DNA of 44,197 bases from Blastocystis sp. subtype 4 (lineage: Eukaryota), in contig NW_014569484.1 of the NCBI RefSeq assembly GCF_000743755.1, positions 1 through 44,197 of the forward strand. Reading direction: 5' to 3'. Position numbers and translations under genes: made by a program. Below the pieces are notes generated by a model. It made no database searches and was not told the origin of the DNA. It worked only from the letters and a program-made list of their open reading frames with translations. This document shows positions 1 through 13,374 of this stretch, piece by piece. Position 1 is the first letter of the stretch. Every line of letters starts with the position of its first letter.

Positions 1-1416
<1,416 letters not shown>

Positions 1417-1417
<1 letters not shown>

Positions 1418-1461
1418 GCCTTAGTTGGAGTGAGTATTCGATACTTGCAACAACTAAGGCT
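1417..1461 (+). other. Strong RNA hairpin starting at the TrxR stop codon
   Basis: AGCCTTAGTTG (1417-1427) is the perfect reverse complement of CAACTAAGGCT (1451-1461). An inner stem GTGAGTAT/ATACTTGC closes a TCG loop. Confidence 0.8.
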
Positions 1462-1483
1462 CTTGGAGATTAGGGAATGGGGA

Positions 1484-1548
1484 TTCGGTTTTCTATGATG
1501 GAGGTTGCCGAAAGCTTTTCGAAGCTGGTTTCTTTCTGAACTAACTGG
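1484..1548 (+). promoter_or_regulatory. SECIS element (type II) in TrxR 3' UTR
   Basis: ATGAT core at 1495, 11-position stem GGAGGTTGCCG/TGGTTTCTTTC, unpaired AAA at 1511, mini-stem GCTT-TTCG-AAGC, TGAA at 1537-1540, lower helix TCGGTT/AACTGG. Confidence 0.88.
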
Positions 1549-1573
1549 TTGAACTGTTCTATATGTTGTGATG

Positions 1574-1581
1574 TGTTTGTT
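1574..1581 (+). terminator. TGTTTGTT 3'-end processing motif of TrxR
   Basis: Exact motif just downstream of the SECIS and 20 nt before the next ATG. Confidence 0.75.
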
Positions 1582-1601
1582 CATACTCTTCTTTTCATTT
1601 C

Positions 1602-3081
1602 ATGCAGTCTCGATCTGCGAAATCTCTTTTCTCTGTTGTGTATCGACAGAGGACTCTTTTCTCTCCTTGTCGACGATGGATCTCAACTCTGGATTCTCTC
1701 TCGGATTCTGAAATTCTCGCGAAGATATCAACGAAAGAGGTCTCAATTCACAAATTAGAATCACTGTTAACAGATCCTGTTCGCGCTCTTACTATTCGTC
1801 GACAGTTTTATTTCAATGAAGACACTGCTACAAAATGCAAGGATATCCCATCTAACAAATGGGATTCCACATCATTCTTCACACGAGTGACGGTTACAAT
1901 CGGTTTTGGATATTATATGTAGGGACATAACTGTGAAAGTGTTATTGGCTATGTTCCTATTCCTGTTGGACTTGTTGGGCCTATTCTTGTGAATTCCAAG
2001 CTTTATCACATCCCAATGGCAACTACGGAAGGTGCTCTCATTGCTAGCACGAATCGTGGTGCTCGTGCTATTCGCATGAGTGGCGGTGTTACAGCCGTGG
2101 TTATTGAGGATGGAATGACTCGTGCACCTGTATTCAAGTGCGAGTCTGTTACTCAAGCTGCTGAAGTGAAACGCTTTCTAGAGACTAAAGAAGGTTTTGA
2201 GTTAGTTCGTTGTGCGTTTGGTCAAACTACAAAGCATGGGAAAATGGAAGTAACAACAAGATAAGTCTCAACATCTAGTCCATCAAATGTTTTGTCTCGG
2301 GAAACCGACTTCATATGCGGTTAAAAGCAAATGCTGGAGATGCAATGGGTATGAATATGCTAACCAAAGGTTCTCAGAAAGTTGCTGATGAGCTTCTTAC
2401 TCGTTTCCCAACCATGAAACTAGAATCTCTCTCAGGAAATCTGTACGAGTGTTTATCATGTCTTATTCAAGATGTACCGATAAGAAGCCTTCTTCTGTGA
2501 ATTGGCTATTGGGACGTGGGAAATCGGTTTCCTGTGAAGTTCACATTCCAAATACCATTCTTCATTCTGTGTTGAAGTGTGACGTTGCAGATATCGTTCG
2601 ATTGAATACAGTGAAAAATCTTGTCGGAGCATCACTTGCTGGTTCGCTTGGTGGCTGGAACGCTCATGCCTCAAATATCGTTGCTGCCATCTTCCTTGCA
2701 ACGGGTCAGGATGCTGCTCAGGTGGTAGAGTCATCACACTGTCTTGATTTTATGGAGGAGGAGGAACATAATGGAGAAGCTGGCTTGTACATGTCAGTTA
2801 CAATGCCAGCAATTGAGGTGGGAACTATTGGAGGAGGAACGTCGTTAGCTCCACAACATGCATGTTTGGAGTTGATGGGAGTGTGAATAAAGAGATAACG
2901 TGATCTGTAGAAAGATATAAATTCGGTTGTCTTAGCACAATTGGTTGCATCGACTGTAGTGGCAGGAGAATTATCGTTGATGGCAGCACAGGTATCAGGA
3001 GATCTTGTATCTGCTCATGAGAAACTTGGACATATCCTTGTACATTCAATTCATTGGTTCATTAATCACCAAGCAAGTCAT
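1602..3081 (+). CDS. HMGR: Class I HMG-CoA reductase, catalytic domain only, with presequence-like N-terminus; stop completed by poly(A)
   Basis: Motifs [53 protein letters not shown] and ELSLMAA..LVSAH. Introns 1893-1922, 2250-2278, 2443-2471, ~2881-2910 and AT-AC 3032-3069. Terminal T3081 is in frame, 4 nt before TGTTTGTT (3086). Confidence 0.93.
3032..3069 (+). other. U12-type AT-AC intron (38 nt) in HMGR
   Basis: ATATCCTT donor, TTCATTAAT branch-like motif, CAC end. Removal puts T3081 in codon position 1. Confidence 0.75.
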
Positions 3082-3085
3082 TATT

Positions 3086-3104
3086 TGTTTGTTAACAACA
3101 AACC
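3086..3104. terminator. Back-to-back 3'-processing motifs (TGTTTGTT on +, GGTTTGTT on -)
   Basis: TGTTTGTT AAC AACAAACC lies between convergent HMGR and the methyltransferase gene. Confidence 0.7.
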
Positions 3105-3108
3105 CATA

Positions 3109-4067
3109 AATAACATACCGGAGATATTTCATAAAGGTACATGAACGAGTTCCGTTGATAGTTGAGACAGAATTGTGGGATTGAACGAATGTCGAGACTC
3201 TTTCCCACAAGTCGTTTCCCGCATTTGCAAGTGTTATTATAGCTAAGCAATGGATTTGTATTATTCTCTTTGCTGTACTGTTTCCAACAATCGGAACGAA
3301 AGCAAACAAACTCCTCGAAACGCTCAAATTCCTTTTGTTGAGTTAATAATGAAGTATTACATAATCAACTACTCGGTCGGTAACATCAACAATATTGTAT
3401 CGATGTTCTCCTGAAAGAATGCAATAGCAGTCATGGCGAGATAAAATGCTAGATAGATACTACAAATGAGAGTAATAATAAGAATAAACTCGACACATAT
3501 TCTCTGTGAGAACCTCATCATAGACCATATCTCCAGCAACAACCAAATCAACTCTTTCAGATGGTGATATTACGTCATAGGCACTGTCACTCAGTAAATC
3601 GAGAACTCTATAGTCCACATTCGGACAAGTCACTGTGTTTATCTATAAGTAATACAGACAAGAAGAGCTTACCTTTGCAATATCTAAAATAGTTTGTTTG
3701 TAATCGGTTGCAATTAAATGACATGAAAAAGCAGAAGCAACTCTGGAAAAGAGTCCAACCCCACATCCAATTTCCAATATCAAGTTGTAATTCTACTTTA
3801 GGATTAACTAAGAATAACTACATTGTTCTTTGCAATATAGTCACATAGCAACAAAGACCCAGACCAAATCTGTTTTCCGACATCATCCAAACTGGAACCT
3901 GTTTCACATTGCAGTGAAAGATGAGTTCCATCAGCTAAATCCAATTGGTATTGCTGTAAATCATTGTCATCACTTCGTAGGCCACAAACGATCCCTGATT
4001 CAATCACATCATCGCTTTCACTATCTAATTCATCGCTACTCAAACTTCTATTCGTAGGTGAGTTCAT
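3109..4067 (-). CDS. METTL22-like (Methyltransf_16 family) protein methyltransferase; stop completed by poly(A)
   Basis: DVGKQIWSGSLLLCDYI, ILEIGCGVGL (SAM motif I), DLVVAGDMVYDE and C-terminal IPQFCLNYQRN..LYEI. Short introns. T3109 is in frame. Confidence 0.75.
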
Positions 4068-4079
4068 AAGAAACAGAAA

Positions 4080-6634
4080 ACGAAAAGAGAGAATCTATCA
4101 CTGACTTCCATTCCATCGCTTCTTCCTTGGTTATACTGCCTCGTTTGACTCCTCGACTCTGGATAGCTGCGAACTGTTTTCTCAATGCTTCAATCAATTC
4201 ATCAGTATCATTCCCAGAATCCTTGGGACATTCCAAAACTGCATCTTTGAGTTGTTTTAACGATCGTTCTCGTCTCCTATTCATCTTCTCTTGCAATATG
4301 TTCACATCAGCTAAAGATGATTCATTGAACGGCTTCTTCAATGAAAGCAACAGAGACTGAAGAACATCCTTGTCCTGTTGCTCTGGAAGAAGCGAAGAAA
4401 AGTCTAAAGGATACGTTCTACAATTCATCACTCAGCTTCATTTCAACCTCATAAATACAGTCAGTGGCTGCAAACAGAGTGACTGTACCAGAGAAGAACT
4501 ATGAAGGATGATTGACAGGAGGGATGAATAACACTTCTCAATCACAGATTGATCGCATCGACGAATAGGAATCTGAACCACACCTCCCATGATTTGAGCT
4601 ACAATTACACAGTATTCATCTTTCAAATCTTTGCTTAATACAGACTGCTGTTGGAGTACACTCTGAAGACATTGAGGGACCATAGCTGGAGTAATTCCAG
4701 CCGGTATCAAGTGAGATAACAACCGTAACAAACACACCAAAAGAAAAGGTTCTGAGGTCTGTGTCAATGCTAACAGAACACTCTTACACATACGCTGGAG
4801 TGTTGGTGCTTTAGGTTGAGCAGGACTCAGATTAGTCACTATTTGACAAGCACTAAATGGATCAAATTGAAGACATTTTTCAGCAATATCAAAAATACTC
4901 TCGATTTTGTCATCAACGATTTCCTTCCGCAGATCACTCCAATGAAATCCACTTAACACTAGTCCATATGCCCTTCCACAAATACCCCGATTCTTCTCCC
5001 ATCCCATCAACAGAAAATGAACCACACTATTCTGAATCTCGATCGAAAATCCACCTAGAACCCAACTTAACAATCCAGAGATTGTAACAATTTGTGACGG
5101 TGTAACTCCTGCCTGAAGTTGTATTCCCACCTCAAGGAATGTATAATCAAGAATGAAGTTGAGCACACCTCGTGACGGCTCATTAAATGACACCGGTACT
5201 GGCAAACGAGAAGTGTATTGAGCAGAGGAGGATACAGCAATAGTCCGTACAACAGTAGCCAGAATCGATAAGACAATGTGAGCGCTGGTAAGAGCATGGA
5301 AGAGGAGATAGTGAAGCATTTGATGACGCTCCTGCCCTTGACTGTTTGACCAGAGTTGGAGGAGTGTTGATATCAATGTTGAAGGAACTCCCCATCTAGT
5401 GAGAGGAATGGAAGCTGAATTCATACACTGGAGAAGATGAAGAAGTCGTGTAGAGTAAGAAAGAGATGAAGAAGGAAGAAAAGACTCATGAAGAGTAAGA
5501 AGGAGTTGAAGGCGAGTATAGGAGAATGATGGATCATCAGATTCTGGTTTGAAGTAGCCATAGAGTACATCAAATTGCTGATTCGTGACTGCTGTGGCGA
5601 TGAGATTCTTCATAGTGAGTTGAAGAAGAGGAACTAGATTCGTTTGAAGTTCTTCCTTCTGTGTATCACACCACCGTAAAGGGAATGTCTACACCATCAC
5701 CTCCAACAATGAAACAAACAATATCAGAAAGAGTAAGAAACGAATGAATGAATTGTGAATAGAATTGAATGCATGATGACTGGAATTGACGAGCAAAGGT
5801 GACAAACAGTGTTAAAAAGAATTTCGTAACTGTAATGGTTTTTAAAGACAAGTTCGAATTCAATTCGTTCTGTAACGAAGTAGAGCAGGAATCAAGACGA
5901 ATAGAAAACCGAGTCACGATGGCTTGTTGAGCTTGGATAGAAACATATTCAGGAGAATGTTTAACGATAAGACGGAGAAGATTCTTCCAGATCACATTCA
6001 ACCAAGGAATTCCATCTCCCACTTGTTGATCAGTATTCATAAGGAAGAGAGAGACGGATGAAAGAAGAGAAGAAATTGAAAAGGCTTCGGAAAGAGATGG
6101 ATCATACTCTTCGATGTGAAATACCGATGCTTGTTGTTGAAGTAATTGGAGATAGGAATGAAGCGATTCCTGACATTTCTACACCTTACAATGAAATTCA
6201 GACCCAACAGTTGTCAATTCAACACTCATTGGAGTATTCTGTTTCTGAATCCATTGAATGTCCATTGTATACATAGAGTGAAGCAATTCAATCAAAGAGA
6301 GAGGTAACCAAAATGACCGGTAATAGAGATTCATAAGATCCAGTAGTCGACTCGAATAAGTATGAAAATCGTTTTCTAGTAGTTTTGAATTGAGTGTTGA
6401 AATCAAAAGCTTTTCCATTTTGCAATTCGTTGATTCAAAGACACAGCGTTCGGATATTTTGACCTTCTGAAGAATAGAAATACATAAGTCAATGATTGAA
6501 ATAGGTTTTTCATTACCATTAATACAGGTCTGCATCACCTCATCATAGTATGTCCAAAAGACTCTCCATTCGATGATTTCCTTGCAATTCACAATCTGAC
6601 ATTGAATATCAAATAGAGAATCCGAATCATTCAT
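4080..6634 (-). CDS. Large helical-repeat hypothetical protein (weak resemblance to FIRRM/C1orf112/FLIP); stop completed by poly(A)
   Basis: ORFs 6694-6179, 6040-5666, 5613-4438 and 4431-4048 join through 30-31 nt GT-AG introns. Leu-rich; LNVIWKNLLRLI and TKFFLTLFVTFARQF. The family assignment is only a recollected resemblance. Confidence 0.6.
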
Positions 6635-6724
6635 CGCACTAATGAAAGAATGACGGTTTTGTGTTTCCCGCCAAGAATAACTCTTGGGAAACAAACAAGT
6701 TTCTAAAAGACTACAACTTAAAGA

Positions 6725-7833
6725 TTACGTTGGGCTTTTCCTACAAGTGAATCCATCAATCCAGTACAAAACAGGCAATCGAAGAATAACTTGCATCATT
6801 TCATCAAAACTAGATTGGTTACTCTTCAAAACGTTCATGACTGATTGTAGAGATGCAGACGAGAGAGTCGGATTAGGACGTAAATACACGAAAATTTCCT
6901 TCACACCACTACTATTACTAACAAACGATACAGAAATCGGAGGGTTCGATTTCCAGATGGACTCAAACATGACATTCAGTGTCTGAATGATTCGACTATG
7001 CAACTAAATCTCATTCCAGTTCATTATACTAACAAGACCTGTCTGAGGAGATTGCTTGTTTCCTTTTGTCTTCTACAATGATACTCATTCCAAACTCTTA
7101 CAGGTTCCATTGGTGAAGGCGAGCTAGTTTTCTGGATATTCATAAAATCCTTTCGATTGATTTGAAAGAGTGGCTTATGTTTCGCATCTACCACCTTTAA
7201 GATAGATTCTGGACACTGGACAATCTCCTGGAATTCTTCATCTGTCATATTCTTCACATCCATTGATAGAGTTTTGTCGATGTGGTGTTGCCAAGTGAAA
7301 AAGTCTGTCTTAATCTCTGGATGGGCTTCCAATAAGGAGTCGAAATAGTGAAAATCCTGATTCAACGTGTCCGAACTTTCATCTTCAATGTTCTTTCCTT
7401 CTTGAAAGAAGGTTTTGTAGCCAGGAATATCATCAGGGTTAATATGCAACTTTCGCGAAGCTTCTTCGAAGTGTTTCTTCTGAGACTCACAGTCACTACT
7501 ATCATCTTGCATAAAGAAATGCCGTTGAGACCGATAGAAGTCCTCTAGATCTTTTCCCTCCATGATATCTTCAGGTCTTGTGTGCTCATCCCAAAATATC
7601 ACATCTGTGTCACTGTCTTCATCCTCTTGAATCAAGATGCGACGTTTCTCTTTCATCTCCTGGTCATATTTCTCACTTACTGGTTGAGAATTCAAATCAG
7701 TAAATGTAGAACTATGGAGCATGTCTACCCTTCAAAGAAGAGGAAGAAGAGTACTGGTCTTTCGGTGTGAGAACTCTCGAATGGCCGTAACCAAAATCCG
7801 AGTTCTTGAAACTGGTAGAACACGAGAGAGCAT
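6725..7833 (-). CDS. Putative mitochondrion-related-organelle protein, acidic middle, C-terminus possibly RbfA-like
   Basis: Exon 1 MLSRVLPVSRTRILVTAIREFSHRK is presequence-like. A 30-nt intron (7725-7754) joins it in frame to ORF 7722, and two more short introns join ORF 7003-6725. Confidence 0.55.
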
Positions 7834-7881
7834 GAATGTGTTTGAACAAAGAAGAAAAACCAACAGTATAATGATACTTAC

Positions 7882-9417
7882 TCACTCAAATCCCTTTGGG
7901 GGGATTACTGAAGACAAAAAGGCAAGACCTAACGATTTCGACTTAACAACGACAGGCGCAAATGGGAGAAATCGAACGGTCATAGATGATTTGATTGCAT
8001 CAAAGGGAATCACAACAGGTTTCGTTAGTTGATTTGAGGTATCAATTATATTTGTAGATTGCATAGGAAGGAGATCGTCTGAATCGGTATCTTTGAGATC
8101 AACAGGGTTTGCCAGTTGTGGAACAGCTGTGAGGGGAATGGGAGATGGAGTTCGATTTAAGGAGGAAGAGGAATCTGATAACTCCTGATCCTCTTGGGTA
8201 GATGTTGAAGAAAGCTTAGATTGAGAAATAGAAGTACATTGAACCACAGGTTGAGTTGATGGAGACGACGACTGAGCAGCCTCACTTGATGGTTGAGTGG
8301 ATGAAAGTGGCTGGTTAAACTGATAGGAAGACTGAGTGGAGAGCGAACATGGTTGAGAAGCTGATGGAGGGACAGTATGACTGGCTGCTGATAACTGGTC
8401 TCCAGGTAGACAAAGGGCACGTAGTTGAGACTCTGGTCCTGTAGACATGGATTGAGAAGCTGATGGCTGAGAGGGCTCTTGATTCGACTGAGTTGTAGAA
8501 GTAGTGGGATTAGATTGAGATATTGTAGGGTCAATTCGTGATGTACGCTTCCCTTGTAGCCATGTAGTAGTCGGACTTCGATTAGAAGCTAAGGTTGAAC
8601 CATTCATACTCAAAGCCTGATTATAAGGTACTATATGTTATATAGAGAAAACGAGAATCACAGCCATCAGGACGAGGATAATAAGTAAAACGGTAATGAC
8701 GATGATTTAAGAAAGGCTTCATGGAAGAGACACTAGCCATAGATAATAGCACTGTAAAGAACTGACGACTAATTATAACCTCATCTGGACCTGCATAATT
8801 GGGATTGATTCCATAAGGACAGTTCTAGTACTCGTCAACGAGTTACATGAACCTACATCTTTTCTAATTGAATAGAAGTAATCTAATGGAACAGGTTCCT
8901 GTAATGATGCGATCAACTTTTGCACTGCAGAATTCTGTTCAGAATAAGCTATATCTAAAAATAAAAATAAATAAAAACATGAAGTCGATTTGGTATGCGA
9001 CCTTTTCCTTCCCCCATATCCACTATCATTCTTTTCAATTTCAGGAAGATATTCATAGTCACTCTCATATACTGGATCGTCATCAACCTCCGTCTACGGT
9101 GATTACTCGAAGTTCTGTGAAAATACCCTGGCTCTCTTAGTTACATGTTCAAGTTGCTTCTCTGGATATTCCGATGAAGTAATAGGCGTAGTAAAACCTG
9201 TATCCTATATTAACAAGTACAATACCATTCTTACTATAGATTTGCTGAGGGAAAGTACTAAATTAGTCATCTTTTCGTCTTCCTCGGTTAATTCCTTACA
9301 CTGCTCTACCGATTCTTCTTTTGGAGAATTCACAATAGCAACCTCCCTTTCAACAATGTTGCTTAGTGCTGAGAAGGCTGAAGAAGAGGACGACGTCACA
9401 TCTCCTTGAGGTTCCAT
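7882..9417 (-). CDS. Hypothetical multi-exon protein with Ser/Gln/Thr-rich region
   Basis: ORFs 9432-9205 and 8613-7882 with intervening short exons and introns. No recognised domain; could be two genes. Confidence 0.45.
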
Positions 9418-9516
9418 ATTCTGTTGAATCAAACCTCTGAAATAAGTTATTTACATGAATTAAATGGAATAGGAAAACTATAGAAAGTTTTTCAATTTCA
9501 GTATAACAAACACACA

Positions 9517-10440
9517 AATCAAGATTGTGATACACTTTCTGAACATCAGGGTGTTCATCGAGTTGTTGCAATAGCCAAACAATGTTCTCCCTCTTCTCTG
9601 AATCTTCGACAGTGACAGTTTCCTAGACATTACAGTCAGAATAGACTATGGACAATAGGTTTGTAGGTCAACTCCATTTTGCCATCCAACTTCTCCTTTT
9701 TAAATGCAGTCTGAATTGCATGTAAGAGGCTTGGTTTACACTCAACAATAAGACAATTATCCTCTTCATCCTCTACAACATCGTCTGCCCCAGCATCAAT
9801 TGCCAACTCATAAATGCGATCTTGGTTATCCCCTTTTGGTAACTAAATAAAATGGACTATAATCCCGTACAGTAACAGTTCCAATATAATTAAAGAGACG
9901 CGAAGCACAACCTACAGAACCCAAGTTACCCATACCCTTAGAAAAGATGTGGCGAATCTCAGAGACAGTTCGTTTCTTGTTGTCAGTAAGACACTCCACG
10001 ATGATAGCACAACTTCCAGGACCAAATCCCTCATAGGTAACAGCCTGCAACTTGTTTGCATCGATATTCTTGCCGTTCAACGCACGCTCGATGTTTTCTT
10101 TTGGCATATTCACGGCTCTGGCAGCAGAAATAGCGGCTTCTAACTTGATGTTGGTTGCTACCACTCAAATACATTGAGAACGACTACACGGATCAGGACC
10201 ACCGGATTGCACTGCTGAAGAGATACTCTTTGAGAGTTTTGCAAATAGACTACTTCGTTTAATATCCTTATCAGCTTTATCGTGCTTGATCGTTGCCCAG
10301 TGAGAGTGTCCAGAGAATGAACACACAGGAACTATCTAGAGCGGAATCCTCATATAACTATCACCTACAACACACCCTGTTGAATGCTTAATGAAGAACC
10401 TAAATGGAGGAAGGATATGGCTGTGTATAGATTTGAACAT
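9517..10440 (-). CDS. TACO1: YebC/PmpR/TACO1 family protein, organelle-targeted; stop completed by poly(A)
   Basis: [44 protein letters not shown] and C-terminal [15 protein letters not shown]. In-frame T9517 lies 4 nt before TGTTTGTT (9512-9505). Confidence 0.9.
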
Positions 10441-10447
10441 GATCAAA

Positions 10448-11921
10448 ATGACATTTCTAGATGATGAATTACTACGAAAGGCAATAGTAGCGTGTTCAGC
10501 ACGGATATCCGAATTGCGTAAGAGTAATGGAATGAAGTCTTATCTTTGTAGCACCTCTGGACACAGGGATCACTATATCTCTTCCCAAACAATTCATTAT
10601 TTCGTTACTAAACGACTACGCAAGTCCAAAGTGGTCAATAGAAATCACATCTAGATGTCGACGAAGAAACGATTCATATATGTAATGACAATGTTCTAGT
10701 CTGGAATGCCTTGTTGTTTTGTACCCGAAATCTATCGAAACCGCTCATTCCTTTTGAATTATTAGATAGTCTCTGTTTCAATGAATCTTTTATTTAATAG
10801 ATCATCCTATCAATTTAGAATTTGTTTGTGTGCTCACGTCCTTGCTTCCTCAAGAGTAGTATTACGCTTGAGCCTTCATTCATAGGGATCTTAGACTTTT
10901 GGAAACGATATTAGAAGCTGTAAATATAATCCTGTTTCCAGATTTGAGGCCAGATAATGAAGATAGTAAAACAGAGGAATCGGATGTGTGCACCTACTTT
11001 CCCCATATCGTTAGTACAATGGGGTTTGCTATTTGTCGTCCTTCTCATGGAACCTTCATGTCGGTCTCTCACAAATGTGGATATGATGACATTGGAATGT
11101 TACTGACCTTACTGTTGGACAACAAGAAGTGGCTGTTCCAGCTGTCACCTGTATTTGATGCCAAAGAAGATGAGTGTCTTATCCATCTTCCAAGAGAAAA
11201 CCATCATCCATCAGTGATTCTTCCTCTGATTCAAAGTGGAGTCGTAACAATGGATATGGACTCTGCTACTTCCTTCAGTGAGACTGACCGTCGTCTCTTT
11301 CAGATTGAGTCGTATATTGACTACGGAGTCAATCCTCTCATCCCTCGTCCTTCAGACATACAAGTGGACAAGCCAATGCTCGCAGAGGAGCTATATGATC
11401 TACAGACTGTAGCTCTTGGTCGAAGAGAAATGCACACCACTTCAGTATCAATCCAGGTTGCAGGGTCAGAGGTGGATAATCCTTACAATATACGGGCACC
11501 TAATGTCGTTCGTGAACTTACAGATCAGATGGAGTCTCTGGCTGCACTCTTGCTGCAGTCAGTGATTCGAAGGAAGAATGCCTCTTTTATCTATCGAATG
11601 CAGCAAGATTGCCTTGTAACACTTCCTAAGCGACCAAATTGCTGTTTACGATGTGGATCTCGAAAACAAAATGTTATTCAGGACTTTTCGATATACTTTA
11701 CAGAAACAGATTGGTTAGAGTCTTTGACATGTTTAGAAATGAAAAGTCGGGATGAATTATTACAGCACATTCAAATGTTGCAATTACAACTATTTGATGC
11801 TGAAAACCACATTCAGAGTAGTGCTAGAAAACGAGTTGTTCTTTCAGATCCCTATTTACTTGAAAAGTACTCATACTACTATAAAGTGCTTAGTTTGCTT
11901 TGGAAAAGGCGGAGTAACTGA
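10448..11921 (+). CDS. Hypothetical protein with degenerate RhoGAP-like N-terminal region
   Basis: Spliced exons give RNLSKPLIPFELLD and STMGFAICRP (RhoGAP-like). The long last exon ends at TGA 11919-11921, with TGTTTGTT at 11924. Confidence 0.5.
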
Positions 11922-12110
11922 CATGTTTGTTTGAAGAGTCAATAGATTCAATTATTATCATAGATTGGTACAAGAGGGTTTAAGTATCACTATTCAATTG
12001 TGTCTCCGTAAGTGTAGTGTTTAGGCATTCGTTGAAACGCTTGATCTTCTGTCCAATCAGATTCTGTCTTGTGAGTTGAGTGTGTTTCTACGTATAATCA
12101 CTTTATTGTG

Positions 12111-12531
12111 ATGGAAGGGTGTAATAATGTTATGTTTTGCTGTAGAGAGTGTGGGATGATGTTGAATGAGAAATGCTTTATGGACAGCGAAACTGGACAG
12201 TTTTACTCTTTTTGTGCTGTTTGCCGAAGAAATCAAAATAGTATATGTTAGAAACTGTTATTTACCCTTAGTATTACGGAAACAACAGGAGTTCCAAAAG
12301 ATCCGAAGATTGTCATCAGATTTGCCATGGAAACCTGTTGTTCCATCTGTATCATGGATTCCGCTTGATTCAATGCAGTGTTCGTCTACTCAACCGGAAT
12401 GCGTTGCTAAATTGCTTTATCACCCTTACTTTTCTGGGGTAGGTTGCTGTAATCATTCGCTGGATATTCATAAGAGTACTGGGGATTCTTCAAGTAATCG
12501 CCCTTCTTTTTCTGTCAGTGTGGAATTGTAA
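12111..12531 (+). CDS. Small protein with N-terminal CxxC..CxxC zinc ribbon (RPB9/RpoM-like)
   Basis: MEGCNNVMFCCRECGMML...FCAVCRR. A 31-nt intron (12241-12271) joins it in frame to ORF 12166-12531. Confidence 0.4.
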
Positions 12532-12647
12532 TCCTGGATGTTTTAATCTTTTCTATTGCTTGCTGTGTGTAGCCTGTTTGTTTGTCAGAACCACGGGAAT
12601 TTCTAGTTTTGTATATCTAGCATATTGTCACAGTAATCACATATAAT

Positions 12648-13326
12648 ATGCTCGCTTTCAAGAGACTTTGTTCCGTTCTTCCTAGAACAGCATCGGCAAG
12701 TAAGGGAAGTATGTTTGGAACTATTTCTGTAGCTGTTGGTCGTACCATCAGTTGGACGGGTGCAGCCGCAGCGAACACGTATTGGGAGTTTATGGAGACT
12801 CATAATTAGCATCGATCTTACGTTCATTTCTCCTGAAGGTAAATCAACAACTGTAAAGGCTAGAATTGGAGACACTGTACTTCAGACGGCTGAGGCATAC
12901 AAGCTCCCTCTTTGTGGTAGGCCTTGATAACAGGATTCGCTAAAACGTGTAGGAGACTGCCACGGAGCTGGTCTTCCTAAGGCTGTGCAGAGAACTGAAG
13001 GATGGAAAGAGGAAACCTATGGAGAAGGTGGGTTCGTTGTTAGATGGATGATCTCTAGGTCCTTCTTGTAGTTTCTGCCATGTCATTCCATCAAGAGAGC
13101 TTTCGGAGGTTCTCCCTAAGCCTGAAGAAGATGAAAAGTACTTCATTAGTAAGGTTCCTATTGGAAAGACGGATCGGTAATCGCTTTTTTTAAGGTTTAT
13201 GATTAGTTCTCGTCTTGCTTGTCAAATCAAGGTTACTGAGAAGATGGATGGAGGTGTCTTCTTTGTACTATTGTTGAGTGGTTCTTATCTTAGATTCCTC
13301 ATCATGTTCCTAATGAATTGCTATAA
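12648..13326 (+). CDS. Mitochondrial-type [2Fe-2S] ferredoxin with a long insertion (complex I-associated ferredoxin-like), 7 exons
   Basis: Presequence MLAFKRLCSVLPRTAS; LTFISPEGK..VKARIGDTVL; GDC-x25-CSFCHV; SRLACQIKVTEKMDG. Six short GT-AG introns, TAA at 13324. Confidence 0.85.
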
Positions 13327-13374
13327 ATGATGGTGCTTTTTTGTTTATCGTAGGGTGTTTGTTAGAAACAGTTG

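Noticed and set aside
10379..10418. ATATCCTT...AC on the minus strand in TACO1 exon 1 as a third U12 intron
   Set aside because: The frame is open without it, the branch motif is imperfect (TTCATTAAG), and removal requires an awkward tiny exon. Not fully excluded.
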